Origin: Candidatus Marinacidobacterium sp.
GTDB taxonomy: Bacteria > Acidobacteriota > Vicinamibacteria > Marinacidobacterales > Marinacidobacteraceae
Direction of reading: 5' to 3'
NCBI GenBank assembly: GCA_965202845.1
Contig: OZ241856.1
Span: forward strand, 1,027,159 to 1,091,158
Length of the DNA: 64,000 nt
Shown: positions 51,365 to 61,181 of the stretch, piece after piece
Position numbering within the stretch: position 1 is the first letter of the stretch
Layout: every line of letters starts with the position of its first letter
Position numbers and translations under genes: made by a program
The notes under the pieces: model-generated
Told to the model about the DNA's origin: nothing
What the model saw: the letters and a program-made list of their open reading frames with translations, nothing else
The model's database searches: none

Positions 51365-54300
51365 GCGTTTTCGACCCTCCCGATCCCTCGGCCGCGCTCC
51401 TCGAGACCATCCGCCGGGTTCGCTCCCGCTGGCGGCTGCGGCGGGCGCTCACCGGCCTCGCCTTGGCCTTCGCCGCCTCGGTGGCGATCCTCGGGATTTC
51501 GGCATGGGCGATGGACGCCCTCCGGTACGAAATCTGGGTGGTGCGGACCTTCCAGGTTTCCGCGTGGCTGCTGGCGGCCGGCGCCCTGATCCGGTTCCTC
51601 TGGTCGCCGCTGCGCTCCCGGGTCTCCGACCGCCAGGTGGCGCTCTATGTGGAGGAGCACGACTCGTCGCTCCAGGAGACGGTGGTGAGCGGCGTCGAAC
51701 TCGGCCCCGGCCTGGATTCGGGAAAAACGGGCGAGGCGGGCGTCTCGCCGGAGCTTTCGCGCATGGTCGTGGAGGAGGCGATCCGCCGCTGCGAGGAGGG
51801 GAACATCGGAACCTCGGTGGAGTCGGCGAGCCTCCGCGGCGCCGCCTCCGCCTTCGGGTCGGCGCTGGCCGCGATCGTCGGTCTGGCGCTGCTCGCCCCC
51901 CCGGCGCTCCAGGGCGGGATGTCCCTTCTCTTCACGCCGTGGCGCGACATCGACGACGCGAATCCGTACCGCATCCACGTGCAGCCCGGCGACGCGGTGA
52001 TCGCCACCGGAAGCGACCGCTGGATCGACGCCCGGCTGGAGGGCTTCACCGCGGAGCGGGTCGTTTTGGTCACCCAGGACGCCGCCGCCCGCCGAACCCG
52101 ACAAACCTGGCCCATGCTCCCCGACCCGGAAACGGAGGGGTTCCGGCATCTCCTGCTCGGCGTCTCGGTCGCCACCGACTACTTCGTGGAAGCCGACGGA
52201 GTGCGCTCGCCGACCTGGCGGATCGAGGTCGAGGACTACCCGCAGGTGTCCCGGCTGGATCTGACCTATCGCTATCCGGCGCACACCGGACTTTCGCCCC
52301 GACTGGCGGAGGACGGGGGGGACATCGCCGCCGTCGCCGGGACCGATGTGGACGTGCTGGTCCGCGCCTCGCTCCCGGTGGATTCGGGAGCGATCCGGGT
52401 GGAGACCGCCGGAAACGAGGCCCGGGAGGTCCCGCTCCTTCCGGCGGAGGACGCCGGGGAGGGACTCCTGAAGGCGACGCTCCGGCTGGACCAGTCGGGT
52501 TCGTACCGGATCGCGCTCGCCGACGACCGGGGCCGGGTTCGCACCGCCTCCCGGGACTACGCCATCGAAGTGCTGGACGATCTCCCGCCGATCGTCCGGT
52601 TCGTGAATCCGGGACGCGACATCGAGGCGAGCGCGGTGGAGGAGGTCTTCACCGAAGCGCGCGCCGAGGACGACTACGCGATCCGGAGCCTGGAGCTCCG
52701 CTGGTCGGTGAACGGCGGCCCCGAGACGGTGGAGGCGCTCGCGGGCGCCGGCATGCGCCGCGAAATCCAGACCGGCCACACCCTCTTCCTTGAAGAGCAC
52801 GACCTGGTCCCGGGCGACCTGCTGGCCTACTACGCGGTCGCCCGGGACGGCGCCGGCGCGACCGCCTCCACCGACCTCTACTTCGTCGCCATCCGCAGGC
52901 TGGACCAGCGCTACCGCCAGGCCGACTCGATGCCGGGCGGAGGCGGCGGTCAGGATGGGGACGCGCTCGACGGAACCCTGACCCTGCGCCAGAAGCAGGT
53001 GGTGGTGGCGACCTTCAAGGCGATCCAGGAGCGTCCGCAGCTGCCGGGAACGGTGTTTTCGGAGACGGTGGCGACGGTGGGGCTGGCCCAGGGGCGCCTC
53101 CGCGAGCAGGTCGGCGCCCTGGCCCGGCGTCTGCGGAATCGGGGCATCGCCGACGCTCCCGGATTCCAGGGCATCGTCGAGGAGCTGGAGGCCGCGCTCG
53201 GGGAGATGGCGACCGCCGAAGAGCGCCTCATCGCCGGAGAGCCGGAGGCGGCGCTGCCGTCGGAGCAGAAGGCGCTGGCCCACCTGCAGCGGGCCGATTC
53301 GACCTTCGCCGAGCGCCAGGTGGGCTTCGGCGGCGGTGGAGGCGGCGGCGGCGGAGCGCCTTCCCCGCAGTCCGAGGACCTGGCACGGCTCTTCGAGCTG
53401 GAGATGGACAAGCTGCGCAACCAGTACGAAACGGTGGAGCAGCGCCAGCGCCGCTCCGCGGACGACGAGGTGGACGAGGTGATGGAGCGGCTGGCCGAGC
53501 TCGCCCGGCGGCAGGAACAGGAGAACGCCCGCCGCGGCATGGCGACGCCTCCGAACGCGCCCGGCGGGGCGGGGGGGGCGAGCCAGCGCCGGATCGCCGA
53601 GGAGACCGAGGAAGTGGCCCGCCGCTTGGAACGGCTGGCCAGGGAGCGCTCCCGCCCCGACTTGGCGGCGGTTTCGCGGCGTCTTCGGGATGCGGCGCAG
53701 CGGATGCGTTCGGCGGACGCCGGTTCCGACGGGGTTTCGAGCGGTCTTTCCGCCGCCGAGCAGCTGCGCGGGGCGCGCCGCGATCTGGACAGCCAGCGTC
53801 GGGAGCGCCTGGGGCGGGACATGGACCAGCTGGCCGACGAGGCGCGACGCCTCCGTTCGGCGCAGAACCGCATCCGCGACGAGGTGTCGGGACTCGGCGA
53901 AACCCCGGATCCGGAAACGGTGGCCGGCCTCCAGCAGCGCAAGGAGGACCTGGCCGGACGGGTCCAGGACGTCGAGCAGGAGCTGGACCGGGTGAGCCGG
54001 GAATGGCGCCGGGACGAGCCGGAGGCGGCGGAGGCGGCTGGCGAAGCGGCGCGCGGCATCCGGGACCGGAAGCTCAAGGAGAAGATCCACTACTCGCGGG
54101 GCGTGATCGCCGAGCGGACTCCGGAGTACGCCGATCAGTTCGAGGCGATGATCGCGCAGGACCTGGAATCCCTGGAAGCCGACCTGGCGCGGGCGGGAGA
54201 GGCGGCGCGGGGTTCGGAGCGGGCGGTGCGCGAAGACACGCTGGACCGGGCCGGCGCGCTGGTGCGCGGCCTCGAGGCGCTTCGGAACCGGCTCGCCGAA

Positions 54301-54708
54301 CCGACCGGAGAGGGCGAGGGACAGCAACCGTCCGACGGCGCCGGCAGGCAGCTGGGGCGCGAGCTGGAGCGACGCCTCGCGGAAGCGGAGGGGCTCCGGC
54401 AGGCGCTCGGAAGGGAGGGGAACGGCGGCCCGCTCGGCCCGGAGCGGCTGGACGGAGCGCTTCAGGCGCTGCGGGGACTCTCGCCGGGCGACCTGCTCGG
54501 CGACCCGCGCGCGGTGGAGCGCCTGGAATCGGAAGTGCTGGACGCCCTCCGGGAGTTCGAGTTCGACCTGCGCCGGCTGGTCTCGGGCGAGACGGAGACC
54601 GACGCGATCGCAACCGGCGCCGAACGCGCCCCCGAAGGCTACGAGGAGATGGTGGAGGCGTACTTCCGGGCGCTCGGCCGGGCCGAACCGGAACCCCGCC
54701 CCGAGTGA
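51361..54708 (+). CDS. Large membrane protein with extended coiled-coil C-terminus (Bat-cluster)
   Basis: ATGA overlap with the batA stop. N-terminal TM helices, then about 600 aa rich in E, R, A and L. Confidence 0.5.
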   Translation: MSVFDPPDPSAALLETIRRVRSRWRLRRALTGLALAFAASVAILGISAWAMDALRYEIWVVRTFQVSAWLLAAGALIRFLWSPLRSRVSDRQVALYVEEHDSSLQETVVSGVELGPGLDSGKTGEAGVSPELSRMVVEEAIRRCEEGNIGTSVESASLRGAASAFGSALAAIVGLALLAPPALQGGMSLLFTPWRDIDDANPYRIHVQPGDAVIATGSDRWIDARLEGFTAERVVLVTQDAAARRTRQTWPMLPDPETEGFRHLLLGVSVATDYFVEADGVRSPTWRIEVEDYPQVSRLDLTYRYPAHTGLSPRLAEDGGDIAAVAGTDVDVLVRASLPVDSGAIRVETAGNEAREVPLLPAEDAGEGLLKATLRLDQSGSYRIALADDRGRVRTASRDYAIEVLDDLPPIVRFVNPGRDIEASAVEEVFTEARAEDDYAIRSLELRWSVNGGPETVEALAGAGMRREIQTGHTLFLEEHDLVPGDLLAYYAVARDGAGATASTDLYFVAIRRLDQRYRQADSMPGGGGGQDGDALDGTLTLRQKQVVVATFKAIQERPQLPGTVFSETVATVGLAQGRLREQVGALARRLRNRGIADAPGFQGIVEELEAALGEMATAEERLIAGEPEAALPSEQKALAHLQRADSTFAERQVGFGGGGGGGGGAPSPQSEDLARLFELEMDKLRNQYETVEQRQRRSADDEVDEVMERLAELARRQEQENARRGMATPPNAPGGAGGASQRRIAEETEEVARRLERLARERSRPDLAAVSRRLRDAAQRMRSADAGSDGVSSGLSAAEQLRGARRDLDSQRRERLGRDMDQLADEARRLRSAQNRIRDEVSGLGETPDPETVAGLQQRKEDLAGRVQDVEQELDRVSREWRRDEPEAAEAAGEAARGIRDRKLKEKIHYSRGVIAERTPEYADQFEAMIAQDLESLEADLARAGEAARGSERAVREDTLDRAGALVRGLEALRNRLAEPTGEGEGQQPSDGAGRQLGRELERRLAEAEGLRQALGREGNGGPLGPERLDGALQALRGLSPGDLLGDPRAVERLESEVLDALREFEFDLRRLVSGETETDAIATGAERAPEGYEEMVEAYFRALGRAEPEPRPE

Positions 54709-55517
54709 CCAGACCCGCCGCCAAGGTCCACGCTGACGAGACCGGGGTGGAGAGTGCGCTTGATTCCCGCCCTGTCCCCGATCTCGTTCAGGACTTGGAC
54801 CACCCGAACGGGAAGGAGTCGTTTCGCAAGTTCCTCTTCGAACGGGTCCCGACCGATGGCGCGTCCGGGAAGGGCGAATCGCAATACGACCCGCTCAGCA
54901 GCGTGTGGGAGGGGAACGACGCGAACCTGCTCGAGCGGATGTTCGCGTTCTACGCCTCGATCCCGGTCGAGCCGATCCTCGACTCCACCTTCAATCGCGG
55001 CCGGTTCTGGAAGGGTTCCAGCCGTCGCGTGGTCTCGATGGATATCAACCCGAAACATCAGCCGATGATCGTGGGCGACAACCGGGTCATGGCGGGCGTC
55101 CCGTCCGAAGCGTTCGGCGTGGTCGTCTACGACCCGCCGCACGTCGGTCCCCAGGGCCGGGACAAGAGCCGCAAGCGGTTCGATGAGGATTTCGGTGCGA
55201 CGATGGAATGCGGCAAGGAGCACGGATGGACTCTCAGCTACCTGTATCCGCCCTTCCTCGAACAGGCGAAGCGGGTGCTCAAGCCGGAAGGTCTGTTGCT
55301 GGCGAAGATCACCGACATGGTGAACTGCCACCGCTCCCGGTGGGCGCATTGCGATTTCATGCGGATGGCGGACGAGGCCGGTTTCACGGTCTGCGATCTG
55401 ATCGTCAAGGTGCGCGCCGGACCGATGGCCTCGAACAAGTGGAGGACCGCGCACCACGCCCGCAAGCGGCACTGCTTCTGGATCGTCTGCCGCAACGGAA
55501 CGAACTGCGAGCGCTGA
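54705..55517 (+). CDS. Small DNA methyltransferase (N6-adenine/N4-cytosine family, DPPH variant)
   Basis: VVVYDPPHVG (DPPY-type motif IV variant) followed by RVLKPEGLL (the LKPGG-like region of N6_N4 MTases). GTG overlaps the upstream stop as GTGA. Start could instead be the internal ATG near 54939. Confidence 0.5.
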   Translation: MTRPAAKVHADETGVESALDSRPVPDLVQDLDHPNGKESFRKFLFERVPTDGASGKGESQYDPLSSVWEGNDANLLERMFAFYASIPVEPILDSTFNRGRFWKGSSRRVVSMDINPKHQPMIVGDNRVMAGVPSEAFGVVVYDPPHVGPQGRDKSRKRFDEDFGATMECGKEHGWTLSYLYPPFLEQAKRVLKPEGLLLAKITDMVNCHRSRWAHCDFMRMADEAGFTVCDLIVKVRAGPMASNKWRTAHHARKRHCFWIVCRNGTNCER

Positions 55518-55547
55518 TTCCCCACGTGAAGGGCGCAGCGCGCCGGG

Positions 55548-56015
55548 CTATGCGCCGCTGGTGTGGTCGTGGCTGATCTTCCAGCCGTCCCCGGTCCGCT
55601 CCACCACCAGGGTGAACAGGCCGGTGGGGGCGTCGTGCTCCCGTTCCAGGTTGTAACGCCCGAACACCACCGCCGCATCCCGGGAGAGGACCCGGATATC
55701 CAGGTCGCTGAAGTGGAGCCGCCCCATCGCGGCTTCGTCCGGATAGTTCCGGCGATACCGCTCCAGCAGGTCGTCGATGCCGCGGCGGACGGTTCCGCCG
55801 CTCACGAAGCGGGTGCTGGGGGAATCCAGGTAGTCGGAGACGAAGGCGTCGAGATCAAAGGCGTTCCACGCCTCGGTTTGCCGATCCAGCATCGCGCGGA
55901 TTTCCCGGGCGATGGCGGCCCGTTCCTCCGCATCGGGACCGGAGTCCGCGCATCCGCCGCCGGAGGCCAGGGCGGCGAACGACAGCAGGATTGGCGCGGC
56001 GAATCGGCGGAGCAT
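55548..56015 (-). CDS. NTF2-like/SnoaL-like (DUF4440-type) lipoprotein
   Basis: MLRRFAAPILLSFAALASGGGC lipobox. About 155 aa. The run-on N-terminus of the track ORF is rejected. Confidence 0.5.
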   Translation of the reverse strand: MLRRFAAPILLSFAALASGGGCADSGPDAEERAAIAREIRAMLDRQTEAWNAFDLDAFVSDYLDSPSTRFVSGGTVRRGIDDLLERYRRNYPDEAAMGRLHFSDLDIRVLSRDAAVVFGRYNLEREHDAPTGLFTLVVERTGDGWKISHDHTSGA

Positions 56016-56055
56016 TGCGATACCATACCCGCACGGATCGGGAGGGAACCCCAGG

Positions 56056-57123
56056 ATGCGGCATAGCGAAAACGGCGGCGGATTTTCCGCCTTTCCCGGA
56101 GGGCGGGACGGCATCCCTCCCCCGGTGGAGGAGTTGCTGGCGCGCTTCCGGGAACTGCCCCGGCGCCAGCTGGGCTGGATACTGGCGGGCTTGCTCGCCG
56201 CGGTCCTGTTCTTCCTCTCGGTGTACCAGGTGGATCCGGACGAAGCCGGAGTCGTGACCCGGTTCGGCCGGTACGCGCGGGTCACCGATCCCGGCCTCCA
56301 CTTCATCGTCCCGCTCATCGAGGACGTGACCAAGGTGCCGGTGGAGCGCCAGCTCAAGGAGGAGTTCGGGTTCCGCACCCTCGAGGCGGGCGTCCGCACC
56401 ACCTACGACGAACGGCAGTTCCTCGATGAGTCGGCGATGCTCACCGGCGATCTGAACGTGGCGGTGGTGGAGTGGATCGTCCAGTTCAAGGTGCAGGATC
56501 CCCGCGCCTATCTGTTCAACGTGCGGGACATCCGGTCGACGTTCCGCGACATGAGCGAGGCCGCGATGCGGGACGTGGTGGGAGACCACAGCGTGGACGA
56601 AGTGCTCACCGTCGGGCGGGAGCGGATCGCGGCCCAGGCGAAGGACCTGCTGCAGGACATCAACGACCGCTACGAAACCGGAATCAGCGTCCAGCAGCTC
56701 GTCCTTCAGGACGTGAATCCGCCGGACACCGTGAAGCCCTCGTTCAACGACGTGAACGAGGCGATCCAGGAGAAGGAGCGGCTCACCAACGAGGCGCTCG
56801 CCGAATACAACCAGGCGATTCCGCGCGCCCGCGGCGATGCGCAGCGGGTGATCGAGGAGGCGGAGGGGTACGCCGCCGAGCGGGTCAACCGGGCCCGGGG
56901 CGAGGCGGCCCGCTTCGCCGCGGTGTACGAGGAATACCGCAACGCCCCCCGCGTGACCCGGGCGCGGATGTACCTCGAGACGATCTCCGAAGTGCTGCCC
57001 AGGCTGGGGCAGAAGGTGATCCTCGACGAGGAGGCGGGCAATCTGCTTCCCCTGCTGAACCTGGGCGGGAGCGGCGTCCGACCGCTGCCGACCCCGAACG
57101 AACCGAGGGAGGAGCGGCGATGA
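56056..57123 (+). CDS. hflK: FtsH protease modulator HflK (SPFH/band-7)
   Basis: TM anchor, then VVTRFGRYARVTDPGLHFIVPLIE SPFH domain. HflK/HflC gene pair. Confidence 0.85.
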   Translation: MRHSENGGGFSAFPGGRDGIPPPVEELLARFRELPRRQLGWILAGLLAAVLFFLSVYQVDPDEAGVVTRFGRYARVTDPGLHFIVPLIEDVTKVPVERQLKEEFGFRTLEAGVRTTYDERQFLDESAMLTGDLNVAVVEWIVQFKVQDPRAYLFNVRDIRSTFRDMSEAAMRDVVGDHSVDEVLTVGRERIAAQAKDLLQDINDRYETGISVQQLVLQDVNPPDTVKPSFNDVNEAIQEKERLTNEALAEYNQAIPRARGDAQRVIEEAEGYAAERVNRARGEAARFAAVYEEYRNAPRVTRARMYLETISEVLPRLGQKVILDEEAGNLLPLLNLGGSGVRPLPTPNEPREERR

Positions 57124-58052
57124 AACGCGCGGCGGTCGGAATCCTCGGCTCGCTCGCCGGGCTGGTGCTGCTGTTTTCCAGCACCTACACCCTGAACGAG
57201 ACCGAGCAGGCCATCATCACCCTCTTCGGCGACCCGGTCGGCGGGGCGGTCACTCGTCCCGGCCTCCACTTCAAGGCCCCGTTCGTCCACCGGGTCACCC
57301 GCTTCGACAAGCGCTGGCTCCCGTGGGACGGCGACGCCAATCAGATCACCACCCGGGACAAGAAGTTCATCTGGGTGGACACCTACGCCCGCTGGCGAAT
57401 CGCGGACCCGCTGCTCTTCTTCCAGTCGGTGCGCGACGAACGGGGGGCGCAGAGCCGACTCGACGACATCATCGACGGCGAAACCCGCAACGCGGTGGCG
57501 AGCTACGACCTGCTGGAGATCGTGCGCATCAGCAACCGCGAGTTCGAGCTGACCGAAGACCTGATTTCCTTCGCCACCGAGGAGGCGGCCGTCCCCATCG
57601 AGCACGGACGCAACGCCATCACCCGCAGCATCCTCGAAAAGGCTTCGGAGGTGACGCCCACCTTCGGCATCGAACTGGTGGACGTGCGCATCAAGCGGGT
57701 CAACTACGTGGAGGAGGTGCGGGCCAGCGTGTACGACCGGATGATCTCCGAACGCCATCGGATCGCCGAGCGCAGTCGTTCCGAGGGGCAGGGGAGGGCC
57801 GCCGAGGTGCGCGGCCAGCGCGAGCGCGAGCTCAAGTCCATCGAATCGGAGGCGTTCCGTCAGGCGGAGGAAATTCGCGGGCGGGCCGACGCCGAAGCGG
57901 CGGCGATCTACTCGGCGGCGTACAACCGGGATCCCGACTTCTACAGCTTCATGAAGTCGCTCGAGACCTACCGGACGGCGCTGGACGACGAGGTCACCAT
58001 CGTGATCGGGAGCGACAGCGAGTTCCTGCGCTTCCTCCGCGGCTCGCGATAG
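57120..58052 (+). CDS. hflC: FtsH protease modulator HflC
   Basis: TYTLNETEQAIITLFGDPVG...GLHFKAPFVHRV. ATGA overlap with hflK. Confidence 0.85.
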   Translation: MKRAAVGILGSLAGLVLLFSSTYTLNETEQAIITLFGDPVGGAVTRPGLHFKAPFVHRVTRFDKRWLPWDGDANQITTRDKKFIWVDTYARWRIADPLLFFQSVRDERGAQSRLDDIIDGETRNAVASYDLLEIVRISNREFELTEDLISFATEEAAVPIEHGRNAITRSILEKASEVTPTFGIELVDVRIKRVNYVEEVRASVYDRMISERHRIAERSRSEGQGRAAEVRGQRERELKSIESEAFRQAEEIRGRADAEAAAIYSAAYNRDPDFYSFMKSLETYRTALDDEVTIVIGSDSEFLRFLRGSR

Positions 58053-58151
58053 CGCCCCGGCAGTGGAGGCGCGGATCGGGTCCGGTTGTTCCGGCGCCGC
58101 CGGGTTCGGCATCATTGCGACGTTTTGGGCGGATACGCGCCCCTTTTCCGT

Positions 58152-58157
58152 GAGGAG
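58152..58157 (+). promoter_or_regulatory. Shine-Dalgarno GAGGAG
   Basis: 6 nt upstream of ATG 58164. Confidence 0.45.
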
Positions 58158-58163
58158 CTTGCC

Positions 58164-60680
58164 ATGAGAATTCCGTTTCCGTCCCTCCGCCTCGCCGCAC
58201 TCGCGGCCTTCCTGGCGGTTCCGGTCGCGTCCGCGCAGGAGGAGGCGACGCCGCCCCCCGAAATCGAGGCGAAGGTCGCCGGCATGACGCCGATCGACGG
58301 CTTCGTTCCGCTCTTCTGGGACGGGAACACCGGGCGTCTGTTCGCCGAATTCGCCGACCTGGAGGAGGAATTCCTGTATTCGGTCTCGGCGGCGTCCGGC
58401 CTCGGCAGCAATCCGATCGGGCTGGACCGGGGGCAACTCAGCCGCCGGGCGGTTCTCAAGCCGCTCCGGGTCGGCCCCCGGCTGCTGCTCATGGAGCCGA
58501 ATTACCGGTTCCGGGCGATCAGCGACAACCCGGACGAGGTCCGCGCGGTCCGCGACGCCTTCGCCCCTTCGGCGCACTGGGGATTCCAGGTGGCCGCCGA
58601 GACCGGGAATCGGGTTCTGGTGGACGCCACCGACTTCTTCCTGCGGGACGCCCACGGCTCGGCGGCGCGGATTCAGCGGGCCGGGCAGGGGAGCTACCAA
58701 CTGGACCGGGACCGCAGCGTCTTCCATCTCGAAAACACCAAGGGCTTTCCCGACAACACCGAAGTGGAGACGATGCTGACCTTCACCACCGACCAGCCCG
58801 GACGGCTGGTTTCCGGCGTCGCCGCCAGCGGAGACGCGGTGACCCTGCGGCAGCATCACTCGCTGGTGCGGCTGCCGGGACCGGGATTCGAGATTCGGGT
58901 GGCGGACCCGCGCATCGGCGTGAACGGACCGGAGTACATGGACTACGCCACCCCGATCGACCAGCCGATGACGGTGCGGCTGACCGCGCGCCATCGGCTG
59001 CACAAGCAGGACCCGACGGCCGAGCGGTCGCCGCCAGTGGAGCCGATCGTCTACTACCTGGACCGGGGCGTCCCGGAACCGGTGCGCAGCGCGCTTCTGG
59101 AGGGCGCGCGCTGGTGGAACGAGGCGTTCGAAGCGGCTGGCTTCATCGACGCCTTCCAGGTGGAGACGCTTCCCGAAGGCGCCGACCCCCAGGACATCCG
59201 CTACAACATGATCCACTGGACGCACCGGCGCACCCGCGGCTGGTCCTACGGCGGTTCGGTCCAGGACCCGCGAACCGGCGAGATCATCAAGGGCAACGTC
59301 AACCTGGGCAGCTTGCGGCTGCGCCAGGATCACATGATCGGAGTCGGTCTGACCTCGCCCTACGGGGCGTCAGCCATGGGATTGCCGCCCGATCCCGGCG
59401 GGCCGCACTCCTGCGGGCTGTCGGCGACCCCCGGCTTCGCCTACCTGGCCCAGGCGGCCGGCGCCTCGCCGGTGGAGATGGCGCTGGCGCGGGTGCGCCA
59501 GCTTTCGGCGCACGAAGTGGGGCACACCCTGGGCTTCCCCCACAACTACATGTCATCCACCTACGGCGGGCGCGCCAGCGTGATGGATTATCCGGCGCCG
59601 CTCGCGGTCCTCGAGGAGGACGGCCGGATCTCGCTCGACGACGCCTACGGAGTCGGCATCGGCTCCTACGACGTCCTCTCGGTCCGCTGGGCCTACGGCC
59701 ATTTCCCGCCGGGCGAGACCGCCGCGCGGCTCGACGCCATCATGCGGGAGGGGCTGTCTTCGGAGACCCGCTTCATGGCCCACTCCGACAACTATATCGG
59801 CGCCGGAGCGCATCCGCTGGCGTCGGTCTGGGACAACGGGGGCGACCTGGTGCGCCACCTGGAGCGGGAGATCGACATCCGCGCCGCCGGCCTGACTGCG
59901 TTTTCCGAAAACGCGATCCGGGAAGGCGAACCGCTGTCGCGGCTCGAACCGATCCTGGTTCCCCTCTACTTGCACCACCGTTTTCAGATGAAGGCGGCCA
60001 TGAACACCATCGGCGGGCAGGAGTACTACTACGCGGTGCGCGGGGACGGCCAGCTTCCGGTCGCCCCGGTCCCCGGCGACCGCCAGCGCCACGCGCTGGG
60101 GGTGGCGTTGCGCACCCTGGACGCCGATTTCCTCGCGTTGCCGGAGCGGATCGTGGACCTGCTCCCGCCGCCCGCCTACCGGGAACGGAGCGGCGAAACA
60201 TTCGACGGCTACACCGGGCTGGTGTTCGACCCGCTGGCGGTGGCGGAGACCAGCGCCGACTACACGGTGTTGCTGCTGCTGCACCCGGAGCGGATGGCGC
60301 GCCTGGTGAACAACCACGCCCGGGATCCGGAGCAGCCCGGCCTGGCCGAGGTGCTGGATCAGCTGATCGCGGCGACCTGGGGCGAAGGGGAACCCGATTC
60401 GGGATACCTGCGGGCGGTCCAGGACGCCGCCGAGCGCAGCGTCATCGACGCGGTGATGCGGGAGGCGATGAACCCGGACAACCCGGCGCGGGTCCGCGCG
60501 ATTCTTGAAGACCGGCTGACCGCGCTCGGCGCCCGGCTCGGCGCGATGGAAGAGCGGACTCCGCACGAGATGCTGGCGACGGCGGACATCCACCGGTTCC
60601 TGAACCGGACCGAGAGCCTCGACCCGAACGCCCGCCGGCCCGAGTTGCCGCCCGGTTCGCCGATCGGATCGCCCCGCTGA
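58164..60680 (+). CDS. Secreted zinc-dependent metalloprotease (DUF4953/DUF5117-type)
   Basis: Signal peptide MRIPFPSLRLAALAAFLAVPVASA. HEVGHTLGFPHN zinc site. 838 aa. Confidence 0.65.
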   Translation: MRIPFPSLRLAALAAFLAVPVASAQEEATPPPEIEAKVAGMTPIDGFVPLFWDGNTGRLFAEFADLEEEFLYSVSAASGLGSNPIGLDRGQLSRRAVLKPLRVGPRLLLMEPNYRFRAISDNPDEVRAVRDAFAPSAHWGFQVAAETGNRVLVDATDFFLRDAHGSAARIQRAGQGSYQLDRDRSVFHLENTKGFPDNTEVETMLTFTTDQPGRLVSGVAASGDAVTLRQHHSLVRLPGPGFEIRVADPRIGVNGPEYMDYATPIDQPMTVRLTARHRLHKQDPTAERSPPVEPIVYYLDRGVPEPVRSALLEGARWWNEAFEAAGFIDAFQVETLPEGADPQDIRYNMIHWTHRRTRGWSYGGSVQDPRTGEIIKGNVNLGSLRLRQDHMIGVGLTSPYGASAMGLPPDPGGPHSCGLSATPGFAYLAQAAGASPVEMALARVRQLSAHEVGHTLGFPHNYMSSTYGGRASVMDYPAPLAVLEEDGRISLDDAYGVGIGSYDVLSVRWAYGHFPPGETAARLDAIMREGLSSETRFMAHSDNYIGAGAHPLASVWDNGGDLVRHLEREIDIRAAGLTAFSENAIREGEPLSRLEPILVPLYLHHRFQMKAAMNTIGGQEYYYAVRGDGQLPVAPVPGDRQRHALGVALRTLDADFLALPERIVDLLPPPAYRERSGETFDGYTGLVFDPLAVAETSADYTVLLLLHPERMARLVNNHARDPEQPGLAEVLDQLIAATWGEGEPDSGYLRAVQDAAERSVIDAVMREAMNPDNPARVRAILEDRLTALGARLGAMEERTPHEMLATADIHRFLNRTESLDPNARRPELPPGSPIGSPR

Positions 60681-60699
60681 GCGGCTTCAGGGATCCAAT

Positions 60700-61152
60700 T
60701 CAGGGCGCCGGCTTCGGCGCCCTGCCGTGCACCGGGAAGTGGTTCAGGCCGAGCCGGGCGGCGGCCCGGTCGGTCTGATCCACCACCGCTGCGGCGTTGA
60801 TGCCGATGGCGATGGCGATGGCCTCGCTGATCTGCTCCTTGGACGCCCCCGCCTCGAGCGCCTTCTGGATGTGTCCGTCGAGGCACCCCTCGCACTTCGC
60901 CAGCAGCGAGCAGGCGATTGCGATGAGCTCCTTGTTCAGGGTGTCAATCGTGGATTCGGGAGAGAAGTAGCTCTCCTTGTAGAACCGCCCGTAGATGACC
61001 TTCAGCCGCGGTTCGATCATCGTGTACGACGAGACCGGCCCCCCCTGCCGCCGGGGCGCTGCCTCCTCCGCCGTCGCCGGGGGCGACTCCTCTTCCGGCT
61101 GGAAGTCGATTCCCGGAATGCGGGGTTCCGCTACCGCGTCCTGATGCGCCAT
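60700..61152 (-). CDS. AhpD-like carboxymuconolactone decarboxylase-family protein
   Basis: ACSLLAKCEGCLDGH CxxC...H core. About 150 aa from ATG at 61152. Confidence 0.65.
   Translation of the reverse strand: MAHQDAVAEPRIPGIDFQPEEESPPATAEEAAPRRQGGPVSSYTMIEPRLKVIYGRFYKESYFSPESTIDTLNKELIAIACSLLAKCEGCLDGHIQKALEAGASKEQISEAIAIAIGINAAAVVDQTDRAAARLGLNHFPVHGRAPKPAP
60702..60723. terminator. GC-rich perfect hairpin between convergent genes (possible bidirectional terminator; no U-tract)
   Basis: AGGGCGCC-GGCTTC-GGCGCCCT, 8-bp stem. Confidence 0.3.
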
Positions 61153-61181
61153 TTGAATCTCCTGGATGCCTTTCGCCCGCG

